Shown here: piece by piece, positions 10,468-19,660 of the stretch
How the letters are laid out: the number at the start of each line of letters is the position of its first letter
Position numbering within the stretch: position 1 is the first letter of the stretch
Assembly (NCBI GenBank): GCA_963813155.1
Contig: CAWEYG010000005.1
Location: 96,001-160,000, forward strand
Direction of reading: 5' to 3'
DNA from: an uncultured Acidobacteriota bacterium
Lineage (GTDB): Bacteria; Acidobacteriota; Thermoanaerobaculia; UBA5066; DATFVB01
DNA length: 64,000 nt
Program-made: the position numbers and the translations under genes
The notes under the pieces: generated by a model
Seen by the model: only the letters and a program-made list of their open reading frames with translations
Databases searched by the model: none
What the model was told of the DNA's origin: nothing

Positions 10468-11097
10468 CTAGTTCTCGGCGACGGCCCAGAGGTGGAAGAT
10501 GACGGTCAGAGGATCCTGGATCCGGTTGAAGACCGTCGACATGTTTCGAAGGCCGTACTGCTTCCAGTGGATCGGCACGGCGCCGGCAACCAGGATGTGG
10601 TCCTCGAGCACGGCGCACTGAACCGACGCCTGGAGCGGTTTGCTCACTCCGTGGATGACGACGTCGGCGGAGAGCTCCACCGTTACGGTCGAGCCGGGGC
10701 CGAACCCCGACAGATTTCCCTTGTAGCTCTTTCCTTCGAACACGATCTCCGGGAACTGCGAAGCCTCCAGGACCTTGTCGCGCAGGACGGCGTTGCGGCG
10801 CGCATTCCCGGTCTCAAGCGAATCCGCGCGAAAACCGATTCGGGAACGAAGAACTCCGGGGTTTCTCGGATCCACTTCCGCGCTTCCGCTCCACGATCCG
10901 ATCGTTCCGTGGACGAGGTGAAACGTGGTCGGAAGCTCGAAGGAGATTTTCGATTTCTCTGGCACGAAACGGTACTTCAGGACGCGGGGAGGCGGGGCGA
11001 GAGCGACAGGCGCGTCGGTCGACGAGCCGCCGCCCGTCTGGGCGAACGCGGGAGCGCAGGCCAGAATCGCGAGCGGAATCCAGCGAAAGAACTTCAC
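10468..11097 (-). CDS. YceI-like periplasmic lipid/polyisoprenoid-binding protein
   Basis: Signal peptide; SKISFEL..HLVHG, SLETGNARRN, FPEIVF, IHGVSKPL. Confidence 0.8.
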   Translation of the reverse strand: MKFFRWIPLAILACAPAFAQTGGGSSTDAPVALAPPPRVLKYRFVPEKSKISFELPTTFHLVHGTIGSWSGSAEVDPRNPGVLRSRIGFRADSLETGNARRNAVLRDKVLEASQFPEIVFEGKSYKGNLSGFGPGSTVTVELSADVVIHGVSKPLQASVQCAVLEDHILVAGAVPIHWKQYGLRNMSTVFNRIQDPLTVIFHLWAVAEN

Positions 11098-11107
11098 GCG
11101 CGTAATA

Positions 11108-12586
11108 CTAGCAGGCGCCGGGTTCCGGCACGATCGGGTACGGATGGTCCTCGAAGACTCGCGGCCGGATGCCGCGGAACGGATCGACGATCCGGCGAAG
11201 CCGCGGAAGCACCCTCCACCGCGGCCGGGGAAGTGGGAGGTACATGCACCAGCGCGTGAGCCGTTCGACGACCGGCTGTTGCGCTTCGAAAGAGTTGACG
11301 ACGTTCCGGTGCTCACGGCCGAACCGTGAAAGCTCCTCGAGGTACCACTCCCGCGGCAGCTCGGGGGAGAAATAGAAGAACGGCTCGAGCAGGTTCGCGT
11401 CCGGCGCAATCAGCCCTTCGGCCCGAAGGATGCGCTCCAGACCCGTCCGCGGATAGACCCGCACGCCGTTGGTGATGTAGACGAGGTCCGACGGCGGGAT
11501 CCGACGATCGATGAAGTCGAACGTCTCGGCGACGGTGTCCGGGTTCTCCCCGGGCGAGCCGACGAGAAAGACCCACACGGCCGGAATTCCGTGGCGGGGC
11601 AGCCACCGCGCGATCTTCTCGACATCGGCCCGGCCGAAACCCTTCTGCATTCGCTTCAGGACCGAATCCGACGCCGACTCCACGGTGCACGTCGTCGCGA
11701 CGAAGCCGCCCTTTTTCATCAGCGCGACGAGCTCCTCGGTGACGCCGACCGGATTGAAACCCGCCGCGGTGAGGCGGACCTTGAGGCCGCGAGCGAGAAT
11801 TCCGTTCAGGATTCCGCGCGCCTGCACCGGAGGATGGGAGAAGACCGCGTCCACGAACTCGAAGAATTCGGCGCCGAGGGAATTCGCGCGCGCGATTTCC
11901 TCCACCACCTCCGGGACGGGACGGAACCGGTAGCGAACTCCCTCGAGCGTCCCGTACGTGCAATACGTGCAGGTGAACCCGCAACCCCTCTTCGTCTGGA
12001 TGGGAAACACTCCTTCGCGCCGCATGTACGTCTTCATGTCGAGATGACGGAAGAGGTCGGGGTCGGGAAGGCCGTCGATCGGCTCGGAGGAATGGAGGGC
12101 GTTGTGGAGGAGCCGGCCGCTGCGGCGGACGACGAGCCCCGGAATGTCGTCGAACGGGATCCCGGCCGCCCAGCGTCGGAGCAGATCGGGAAAGCGCTTC
12201 TCGGCGTCGCCGTAGAGAATCGCGTCCGGCGAGACTTCTTCGAAGACTCGAACCGGCTCAATGGCCGCGCCCGCGCCCCCGAGGATGAGGGGAGCGGCGG
12301 TGATTCGCCGAAGGCGCGAGAAGAGCTCGCAAATCTCGGGAACGAAGTACTTCGTTCCGATCAGGTCGGAGTTGTCGACGTTCCGCATCGATACCCCGAC
12401 GAAATCGGGGCGAAAATCGTCGATCACCCGCTTCAGTGGAAGCGAGGAGTCCTCCTCCCACATCAGGTCGACGACGCGCGCTTCGATCCCGTCTCTCTCG
12501 AGCTGCGCGGCCACCAGGCAAGGACCGACCGGCACCACGGGGTAGGGCGTCCGTTCCCGGTTCGTCGAAACGAGGAGGACCTTCAC
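11108..12586 (-). CDS. cobalamin-binding radical SAM protein
   Basis: N-terminal LLVSTNRERTPYPVVPVG...VGVSMRNVDN B12-binding domain; QTKRGCGFTCTYC. Confidence 0.88.
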   Translation of the reverse strand: MKVLLVSTNRERTPYPVVPVGPCLVAAQLERDGIEARVVDLMWEEDSSLPLKRVIDDFRPDFVGVSMRNVDNSDLIGTKYFVPEICELFSRLRRITAAPLILGGAGAAIEPVRVFEEVSPDAILYGDAEKRFPDLLRRWAAGIPFDDIPGLVVRRSGRLLHNALHSSEPIDGLPDPDLFRHLDMKTYMRREGVFPIQTKRGCGFTCTYCTYGTLEGVRYRFRPVPEVVEEIARANSLGAEFFEFVDAVFSHPPVQARGILNGILARGLKVRLTAAGFNPVGVTEELVALMKKGGFVATTCTVESASDSVLKRMQKGFGRADVEKIARWLPRHGIPAVWVFLVGSPGENPDTVAETFDFIDRRIPPSDLVYITNGVRVYPRTGLERILRAEGLIAPDANLLEPFFYFSPELPREWYLEELSRFGREHRNVVNSFEAQQPVVERLTRWCMYLPLPRPRWRVLPRLRRIVDPFRGIRPRVFEDHPYPIVPEPGAC

Positions 12587-12596
12587 TTCGGATCTC

Positions 12597-13778
12597 TCAT
12601 CGAATGCCGAAAACCCAGTCGGCGACGTTGGTGCCCGTGATCCCCGGGCGAAACCGGTCGCCGAGTGTGTCGAAGAATGCGGCGGAATCGTGGCGAAGGA
12701 GAAAGTCCGGCGCCGAGAGCCGCAGCTTTCGCGCGCGGTCGATCGTCGTGCCGTCGGCGAAAGCGCCCGCGTTTCCCGAATTGCCGTCGATCCCGTCCGA
12801 GCCGCAGGCGAGCAACCCGGGCGCGCTTCCGGCGAGCTCCTGAGCGGCGGCGAGCGCGAACTCCTGGCTTCGCCCGCCGGTTCCGGAACGAGAAGGGCGC
12901 CGAACCGTCGTCTCTCCCCCCGCGAGGAGAACCCGGGGCGACCGGCGCGCGCAAAGCCGCGCGGCGAACGCCCGTCCCTGCGCGGCGGCCTCGCCCGAAA
13001 GGGAAACGCGCTCGATTCGCGCGGAGAGTCCGCGCGCGCGGGCGAAACGGGCGGCGGCCTCGAGTCCCGTCCGGTTCCCGGCGAGAAGCCACGTTCGGTC
13101 GCGCGGTTTGCGGCTGCTCACAGTCGGTCCCGAGCCGACGATGCGAAAGTCCCCTTCCGGCACGTCGGACAGAACGAGCGTCACGACGCGGGCCCGGGTC
13201 GCGTCGGCGAGCCTGCCCCCCTTCACGAGAGAGAGGGATGTTCGTAGCCGGTTGATTTGCTGAATCGGCCATCCTTTCTCCATCGCGCGCCGGATCCTTC
13301 GCTGTTTCTCTGCAAGGGTCACGCCGCGTCGCGGAAGGCAGAGGAGCGAGGAAGTTCCTCCCGAAACGAGGGCAAGCACGAGATCGCCCTCGTCGAAACG
13401 GCGAAAGAACCGGAGCGCCGCCTTCGCGGCGGCGAGGCTCTCCCGGTCGGGGTCCGGGTGGGAGGCAAAGCGGGTAAAACGCCGGAGACGGGGGAGAACG
13501 CGCGATCCGTGCGGGACGACGATGAGCGCGTCGTGAAAAGTTTTTCGGGGGACGCCCGCGGCCATTCCGGCGGCAGCTTTTCCCGAAGCGAAAACGCCGA
13601 TTCTCTCGCCCGAAAGATCGAGCTTTCCCGACCGGAAGAATTCGGCGACGAGCGCCTCCGGATCGACGGCGGAAAGCGCCGCTTTCCAGAGCTCGCGGAG
13701 CAGCCGCCGGCCTTCCACTCCGGCATTCTCGCCGATTCGGTTCCCCGGCCGCGAGTTCTTGGGATTTCCGCTCTTCAC
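12597..13778 (-). CDS. glycerate 2-kinase (DUF4147 + MOFRL); start uncertain
   Basis: GKAAAGMA, HPDPD, LVSGGTSSL, VKGGRLA, GGETTV, GSDGIDG, TGTNVAD. Confidence 0.85.
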   Translation of the reverse strand: MKSGNPKNSRPGNRIGENAGVEGRRLLRELWKAALSAVDPEALVAEFFRSGKLDLSGERIGVFASGKAAAGMAAGVPRKTFHDALIVVPHGSRVLPRLRRFTRFASHPDPDRESLAAAKAALRFFRRFDEGDLVLALVSGGTSSLLCLPRRGVTLAEKQRRIRRAMEKGWPIQQINRLRTSLSLVKGGRLADATRARVVTLVLSDVPEGDFRIVGSGPTVSSRKPRDRTWLLAGNRTGLEAAARFARARGLSARIERVSLSGEAAAQGRAFAARLCARRSPRVLLAGGETTVRRPSRSGTGGRSQEFALAAAQELAGSAPGLLACGSDGIDGNSGNAGAFADGTTIDRARKLRLSAPDFLLRHDSAAFFDTLGDRFRPGITGTNVADWVFGIR

Positions 13779-13783
13779 GGATA

Positions 13784-15487
13784 ATGCCCACGATGACGCG
13801 GTTCCGGTGGCTCCCCGTGCTTCTCGCCGCTTTCGCCGCTTTTTGCGCGCCGGTCGAGAGGCACCGCCGCACGGCGCCGCTCGGGGAGCCGAAGGAAACC
13901 AACGGCATTCGGACGATGGGCAGCTCGTTCCTCCGGCGCCGGGGAGGCGTTTTCGAAGCTCGATTCGCCGGCGGTCCCTACGAGCGCGGCTACGCGAGGG
14001 GAAGGCTCCTCTACGACCAGATCGCGGCGGGCGAGAGAGACCTCGAGTTTCTGCTGGCCCGGATGGTCCCTTCCCCGTGGAAGCGCTGGGGTCTGCGCGA
14101 GATTCTCGCGTGGACGATGAGAAGATCGGACCGTTGGGTCGGAAGGGAACACGAAGAGGAAATCGCGGGAATGGCCGACGCGGAATTCCCCGACCCGGTT
14201 CCCGGAGCGTGGACGCCGTACGCGCGGCAATTCGCCCTGCACTTTCTTCACGATTTCACTCAGCGCTTCACCGACACGATGCCCCTCGCGGGCGCCTGCA
14301 GCGGTTTTGCGGCGGGCTCGGCGTCGACTGCAGACGGGCACGTGTACCTCGCGCGCGACTTCGACTTCGAAGCGGGTCCACAATTCGATCGCGAGAAGAT
14401 TGTCGGAGCGGTCGTGCCCGACACGGGTCACGCGTTCCTGTCGGTCAGCTTTGGCGGTCTGACGGGCGTCGTGTCCGGCTTCAACGACGCGGGCCTCGGT
14501 GTGTCCCTCCACGCCCTGACCGGCGGCCCGACGGCGGGCGCCGGGGAACCGTCGGCCCTCCTCGCCGCCGACGTTCTCCAGCGCGACACGACGGTGGACG
14601 AGGCGATCGCGAGGATTCGGGCGGCGCGCGTGCTCGTTTCCGACCTCTACCTGCTCGCCGACGCGTCCGGAGCTCTTGCCGTCGTCGAGAAGACGCCGCG
14701 CGCGACGGGAGTCCGGCGCGGCGCCGGCTGGATCTCCGCGACGAACCTCGCGCGAACCCCCGAAGTCGTCCGGCTCGTCGGGCGCTCTCCGTCCTATTCG
14801 ACGGCCGCTTTCCGGCAGGCCCGTCTCGACGAGCTCCTCTCGGCCCGCGCGGGACGCCTCGACGCCGCCTCGGCTGTCGCGATCCTTCGCGACCGGAGAG
14901 CGGCGGGAGGCGCCAGCCTCGGACCGGGGAACCGCAACGCGATCGATGCGTTGATCGCGTGCCACTCCGTCGTCTTCGATCTCACGGCTCGGCGGGCCTA
15001 TGTGGCGACGGCGCCTCACACGCTGGGAGCCTACGCGGCGTTCGATCTGCCGCTGCTGGCCGCGGCCGCCCCGGAGGACCGGCGCTTCGAGAAGCTCGAG
15101 GCGGCTTCGATTCCCGCGGACCCGCTTCTGGACTCGGGAGAATACGCGCGGTACCGGCGCGCGAGGCAGCTCAACCGGATCGCCCGGGCGGAGCTGAGTC
15201 GCGGAAAGCCGGCGGACGCCGAGCGCGACGCGAGCTCCGCGCTGGGGTCCTCGCCCCATTTTCTCGAGGCGCTCGTCTGCCGCGGGGAAGCGCGCTGGCG
15301 GCTGGGAAAGAAGAGCGCGGCGGAGGCGGACTTCGACTCCGCTTCCCGCCTCTCTCCGGGTCCTCCCGACTTCGCGGCCCAGATCGACCGCGTCCGGCGG
15401 GAGCTGCGGGAGGGCCGGGCGCCGGGGCGGCTCGTTTCCTTTCCCCTTTCGCTCGAGGACCTCCTCGACGAAAATCAACGGCAATGA
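13784..15487 (+). CDS. secreted C45-family Ntn-hydrolase/acyltransferase with C-terminal TPR-like helices
   Basis: Signal peptide; PYERGYARG; GA/CSGF autoprocessing Cys; LARDFDF; VSGFNDAGL. Confidence 0.8.
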   Translation: MPTMTRFRWLPVLLAAFAAFCAPVERHRRTAPLGEPKETNGIRTMGSSFLRRRGGVFEARFAGGPYERGYARGRLLYDQIAAGERDLEFLLARMVPSPWKRWGLREILAWTMRRSDRWVGREHEEEIAGMADAEFPDPVPGAWTPYARQFALHFLHDFTQRFTDTMPLAGACSGFAAGSASTADGHVYLARDFDFEAGPQFDREKIVGAVVPDTGHAFLSVSFGGLTGVVSGFNDAGLGVSLHALTGGPTAGAGEPSALLAADVLQRDTTVDEAIARIRAARVLVSDLYLLADASGALAVVEKTPRATGVRRGAGWISATNLARTPEVVRLVGRSPSYSTAAFRQARLDELLSARAGRLDAASAVAILRDRRAAGGASLGPGNRNAIDALIACHSVVFDLTARRAYVATAPHTLGAYAAFDLPLLAAAAPEDRRFEKLEAASIPADPLLDSGEYARYRRARQLNRIARAELSRGKPADAERDASSALGSSPHFLEALVCRGEARWRLGKKSAAEADFDSASRLSPGPPDFAAQIDRVRRELREGRAPGRLVSFPLSLEDLLDENQRQ

Positions 15488-16176
15488 GTCGCCCGGAGCC
15501 GATTCTCGCCGGGAAAGGGCTTTCGAAAACGTACCGCCTCGGCCGCGAGCGGGTACGCGCGCTGCGCGGACTCGACGTGAACGTCTCGGCGGGAGAGTTC
15601 GCGGCGATCGAGGGGCCGTCGGGATCGGGAAAGACGACGTTGCTGAACGTTCTCGGGCTCCTCGATTCGTCCGATTCGGGCACTCTCCGCATCGACGGCG
15701 AGGACACCGGGCCGCTCCCGGAGCCGCAGCGCTCCGCGATCCGGCTGCGGAGGTTTGGGTTCGTCTTCCAGACCTTCAACCTGATTCCGGTCCTGACAGC
15801 GCGGGAAAACGTCGAGTACCCGATGGCCCTTTCGGGCGTCGCAAAGGCGCGGCGCCAGGACGCCGCCCGGGATCTCCTGCGGAGCGTCGGAATCGCGGAA
15901 AAGGAAGGCGTTCGACCCGATCTCCTTTCCGGCGGTCAGCGCCAGCGGGTGGCGATCGCCCGCGCGCTCGCGAATTCTCCGGAGATCGTGTTCGCGGACG
16001 AACCGACGGCGAACCTCGACAGCCATACGGCCGGCGAGATCCTCGACCTGATGTCCCGTTTGAACGAGGTCAACGGCGTCGCGTTTCTCTTCGCGACCCA
16101 CGACCCGCGCGTCGTCGCGCGCGCGAAGAGGGTCCTCGTGCTTCGGGACGGAGAGATCGTGGAGGACCGGGCGTGA
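15484..16176 (+). CDS. ABC transporter ATP-binding protein (LolD/MacB-like)
   Basis: GPSGSGKTT, LSGGQRQRVAIARAL, DEPTANLD. Confidence 0.93.
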   Translation: MSRPEPILAGKGLSKTYRLGRERVRALRGLDVNVSAGEFAAIEGPSGSGKTTLLNVLGLLDSSDSGTLRIDGEDTGPLPEPQRSAIRLRRFGFVFQTFNLIPVLTARENVEYPMALSGVAKARRQDAARDLLRSVGIAEKEGVRPDLLSGGQRQRVAIARALANSPEIVFADEPTANLDSHTAGEILDLMSRLNEVNGVAFLFATHDPRVVARAKRVLVLRDGEIVEDRA

Positions 16177-17399
16177 ATCCCTGGGAATTCGCTCTCCGCA
16201 ACGTCCTGCGCAACCGCCGGCGAAGCGTCCTCACCGCGGGCGTCGTGGTTTTCGGTTTCGCGGCCTTCGCCCTCGCCGGCGGTTTCATGTCGCAGACGTT
16301 CGACAGCTTGAGGCAGGGGACGATCCGCGGCGGGGTCGGACAGATCCAGGTCGCGCAGCCGGAAACGTTTCGGGGCGCCGAAGACCGCACGCTGGAACAC
16401 GGCATCGCCGACGCGGCCGCTGTGGAATCGGTTCTTCGGCGCGATCCCGACGTGGAGGCCGTTCTGCCGCGCATCGACTTCGTGGGCCTCGTGTCCAACG
16501 GTGCCCGGTCGATTCCCTATCTCGGCGTGGGATTCGATCCGAGGCCGGAAGCGACCGCGATGGATACGAAGGCGCTCGTCCAGGAAGGCCGGTGGTTCGC
16601 CTCTTCCGACGAAGCGGAAGTCCTGCTCGGAACAGGACTGGCGCTCGCCTTGCAGGTTCGTCCCGGCGGAACCGTGACGATGTTTGGCACCACTCCCGAC
16701 GGGGTACTGAACGCGCTCGACGCGAACGTCGTCGGCCTCGTCGATCTTCCCGTCAAGGAGCTCAACGACCGTTACCTCGCGACGACCCTTCCTTCGGCTT
16801 CGCGGCTCCTCGGCGTGACCGGGGTCGTCTCCAAGCTCGTCGTCATGCTTCGGCCCGGCCGCGACGATCGGGCCGCGAAAGGGCGCCTGGAGGTCTCGCT
16901 CCGAAACATCCGCCCGCGGCTCGAGGTCAAGAGCTGGAGAGAGCTCGCGCTCTTCTACAACCAGGTGAAGCTCCTCTATGTCGGGATCTTCGGGTTCATG
17001 GGCGCGATTCTCGTCGTCGTGGTCCTGCTGGCCTGCGCGAACACGATGACCATGGCGACGACCGAGCGAATCCGCGAGATCGGCACGCTGCGTGCCATCG
17101 GCACGCCTCCGGCGACGATTCGCAAGATGTTCGTGGCGGAGGGTGTCGTGATCTCCTCGTTCGGCTGCCTCGCCGGGGCGGTTCTCGCGCTCGTCGTCCG
17201 AGCCGCGCTGAACTCTTCGGGAATCGAGCTGCCACCCCCGCCGGGCGCGTCGCACGGAATGCCGATTCACGTCGCGTTCTACCCGGCGACCTACGCGGCC
17301 GGCCTCGTTGCAATGGTGTCGACGCTTGCTCTTGCCTCGTACATCCCGGCGCGGCGAGCGTCGCGCGTTCCGATCGTCGAGGCCCTGGCGCATGTCTAG
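16173..17399 (+). CDS. ABC transporter permease (LolC/E, FtsX-like)
   Basis: ALRNVLRNRRRS; ERIREIGTLRAIG; PARRASR. Confidence 0.92.
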   Translation: MNPWEFALRNVLRNRRRSVLTAGVVVFGFAAFALAGGFMSQTFDSLRQGTIRGGVGQIQVAQPETFRGAEDRTLEHGIADAAAVESVLRRDPDVEAVLPRIDFVGLVSNGARSIPYLGVGFDPRPEATAMDTKALVQEGRWFASSDEAEVLLGTGLALALQVRPGGTVTMFGTTPDGVLNALDANVVGLVDLPVKELNDRYLATTLPSASRLLGVTGVVSKLVVMLRPGRDDRAAKGRLEVSLRNIRPRLEVKSWRELALFYNQVKLLYVGIFGFMGAILVVVVLLACANTMTMATTERIREIGTLRAIGTPPATIRKMFVAEGVVISSFGCLAGAVLALVVRAALNSSGIELPPPPGASHGMPIHVAFYPATYAAGLVAMVSTLALASYIPARRASRVPIVEALAHV

Positions 17400-18096
17400 G
17401 CTCTTCCTCGTCGTCGCCGCCCTGACCGCGCAGCAGATCCTCGAGCTCGCGGACGCGCCGAAGCGCGCCTTTCCCGAAGCGGCCATCCATGCCCGCGTCG
17501 TGGTTTCCGGCGACGCGGCGTCCCAGGTCCCCGCCGAATTCGATCTCTACAAGAAGGGGGACGACCGCGGTCTCGTCGTCTTCACGGCAGGGAAGCAGAA
17601 GGGAAGGAAGATTCTGACCGTCGGCGAGAAGTTCTGGATCCTCGTTCCCGGGGCCTCGCGCCCGATTCCGGTGACCGCGAATCAGCGGTTGATGGGAGGA
17701 GCCGCTCTCGGCGACGTCGCGAAGCTCCGTTTTTCCAGCGAGTTTGCGGCCACGATCGAGCCCGGGCCCGATTCAGTCGGCGGCTTGACCTGCGACGTGC
17801 TGGACCTGAAGGCGAAGGATTCTCGCTCCTCCTACGGCTCCGGCCGCCTCTGGGTCGACCGGCAGGAGCGCCTCGCGCGCAAGGCCGTTCTCAACCTCGT
17901 CTCCGGAAAGCCGGCCAAAGAGATCCTCTTCGAGCGCTACGGGAAGGAGAATGGCAAGACGGTGCTGCTCACGATGGCGATCCGCGACCTGCTGGCGGGT
18001 CCGGCCGGCACCGTGACGCGCCTGGAATATTCGAACTACCGGGTAGCGAAGATCGACGATTCTTTCTTCACGCCGGAAGGCGCGCTCAAGTTCTAG
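17392..18096 (+). CDS. outer-membrane lipoprotein-sorting protein (LolA-like)
   Basis: Signal peptide; KGRKIL...W..VPG..RPI.V..NQRLMG; position after the Lol-like permease. Confidence 0.8.
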   Translation: MSRLFLVVAALTAQQILELADAPKRAFPEAAIHARVVVSGDAASQVPAEFDLYKKGDDRGLVVFTAGKQKGRKILTVGEKFWILVPGASRPIPVTANQRLMGGAALGDVAKLRFSSEFAATIEPGPDSVGGLTCDVLDLKAKDSRSSYGSGRLWVDRQERLARKAVLNLVSGKPAKEILFERYGKENGKTVLLTMAIRDLLAGPAGTVTRLEYSNYRVAKIDDSFFTPEGALKF

Positions 18097-18149
18097 GTTG
18101 CCTCCGCCCGGGTTGGGCTCAACCGCCGCGCAAGCGGAGCTTCCGCGAT

Positions 18150-18551
18150 CTACTCCTCCGGCAGCTCGTGTTCTTCTTCGACGATTCGCTCGACTCCGGG
18201 CGAGGTGAACTCCAGGATGAGCTCGGGCAGAGTTTCGGAGAATTGTGAGCGGGGGAGAACCCGATCGACGCCCTGGGCCTTCGATTCGTCGGCGAGCTTC
18301 TTGTCGACGTGCGAAAGGAATCCCACGACCGGGACCCCCCGGGTCTTCGCGCCCTGTTTCAGGCGCGCGATCACCGGAAGCGCCGCGTCGGAGAGCTCCA
18401 CGAAAACCGCGGCCGGCTCGTCCGCGCACGCTTTCGAGAGGTCGTCCAGGCGCGCGACGAATTCCACGGGAATGTTCAAATTTCGGGCGGCCGCGTCGAT
18501 CTTGGCGCGGAACATGAGATCTTCCACATGGGCGACGATTCTCTTTTGCAT
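18150..18551 (-). CDS. atypical stand-alone receiver-like (CheY-fold) protein
   Basis: VEDLMFRAKI...VFVEL...PVVGFLSHVD...GVDRVLPRSQF; Glu at the usual phospho-acceptor Asp position. Confidence 0.65.
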   Translation of the reverse strand: MQKRIVAHVEDLMFRAKIDAAARNLNIPVEFVARLDDLSKACADEPAAVFVELSDAALPVIARLKQGAKTRGVPVVGFLSHVDKKLADESKAQGVDRVLPRSQFSETLPELILEFTSPGVERIVEEEHELPEE

Positions 18552-18568
18552 GGTTCTTGGGATTGATT

Positions 18569-19660
18569 CTAGAACGTTTTGACGAGATCGAACAGGTATC
18601 GGTTCAAATAATGCGATCGATCCTGCCGCCGCTGAAAGACGACGGAAGGCCGAATCTCGACGCCCGCGACCACCGTGTAGGCGATTCCCACGCGGTGTCC
18701 GACGTACCAGGAGTGAAACCACCAGTCGTCCGTGTTGTAGGCACCGACGACGGCGTCGCGGTCGACGTACTGGTAGATCTCGAAGGCCTGGAAATCTCCC
18801 CGGTCGCCTTCCCGCCCGACCCGAATCGCGGCCTCGAATCCGTCCCTGTACGCGTTTTCGCTCGCCGCGAGATTTCGCGTCCAGTCGAGCGACAGGGCTA
18901 CCGGAACCTTGGCGACACCGAACCGGACCCTGGCCAGTGAATCGACGATTCGGAAATCGTCCAGATATGCCGGCGCGGCGGCGGAGGTCACGTTCTGGCG
19001 GAGGAAATGCAGCGCGGTCTTCTGAAGATGAGTGAACCTCCAGTAACTCTCCGACCAGTCGAGCGCGAAAGAATCGGCGTCTCCGAAGGCCCACGTCACC
19101 TGGCCCGCTCCGATGTGGGAATCGTCGTGTTCACGCTGAGGGCCGTAAAAAAAACCTCCGGCGATGCTGACCGAGGACGTCGCCGAGAAGGCAATCCGCC
19201 ACGCCGCCGATCCGCCGAGCACCTGGACGTCGTGGTCCCACAACATTTCGGTCGCCCGCAGGGGCATGCCGAACTTGCCCGCGGTGATCGTGAAATTCCC
19301 CGGCCGCGCCTCGAGGAAGGCGCGGTCGAGCGCGGCGTTGTTCGACCGGTAATTGTCCAGCAGCCGGTCGTTGGTGGCGTTGGAGTCCGACGAAAGCTCG
19401 CCGAGGAGACGGACGCCCAGGCGAAAACGATCGGAAGCGCGCCAGTCGAGCTCCGGCCGGACTTCCGATCGCCAGCGGTAGATGTTGGGCGCCGGCGCCT
19501 GCCGGGCAAGCTGGATGTCGTCGTATCGAAGGAGCGCGTCCCAGCGAAACTCGAACCCCTCCGTGGACGTCGGGGCTTCATAATGCGGCTCGGCTTCCTG
19601 TCCTGAGAGGCGGGTCGCGAAGGCGACGATGAGGAAAAGGACGGCCGGGCGAACCCTCAC
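18569..19660 (-). CDS. putative outer-membrane porin / beta-barrel protein
   Basis: Signal peptide; LDRAFL, GKFGMP, LWDHDV; amphipathic strands; terminal Phe. Confidence 0.7.
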   Translation of the reverse strand: MRVRPAVLFLIVAFATRLSGQEAEPHYEAPTSTEGFEFRWDALLRYDDIQLARQAPAPNIYRWRSEVRPELDWRASDRFRLGVRLLGELSSDSNATNDRLLDNYRSNNAALDRAFLEARPGNFTITAGKFGMPLRATEMLWDHDVQVLGGSAAWRIAFSATSSVSIAGGFFYGPQREHDDSHIGAGQVTWAFGDADSFALDWSESYWRFTHLQKTALHFLRQNVTSAAAPAYLDDFRIVDSLARVRFGVAKVPVALSLDWTRNLAASENAYRDGFEAAIRVGREGDRGDFQAFEIYQYVDRDAVVGAYNTDDWWFHSWYVGHRVGIAYTVVAGVEIRPSVVFQRRQDRSHYLNRYLFDLVKTF

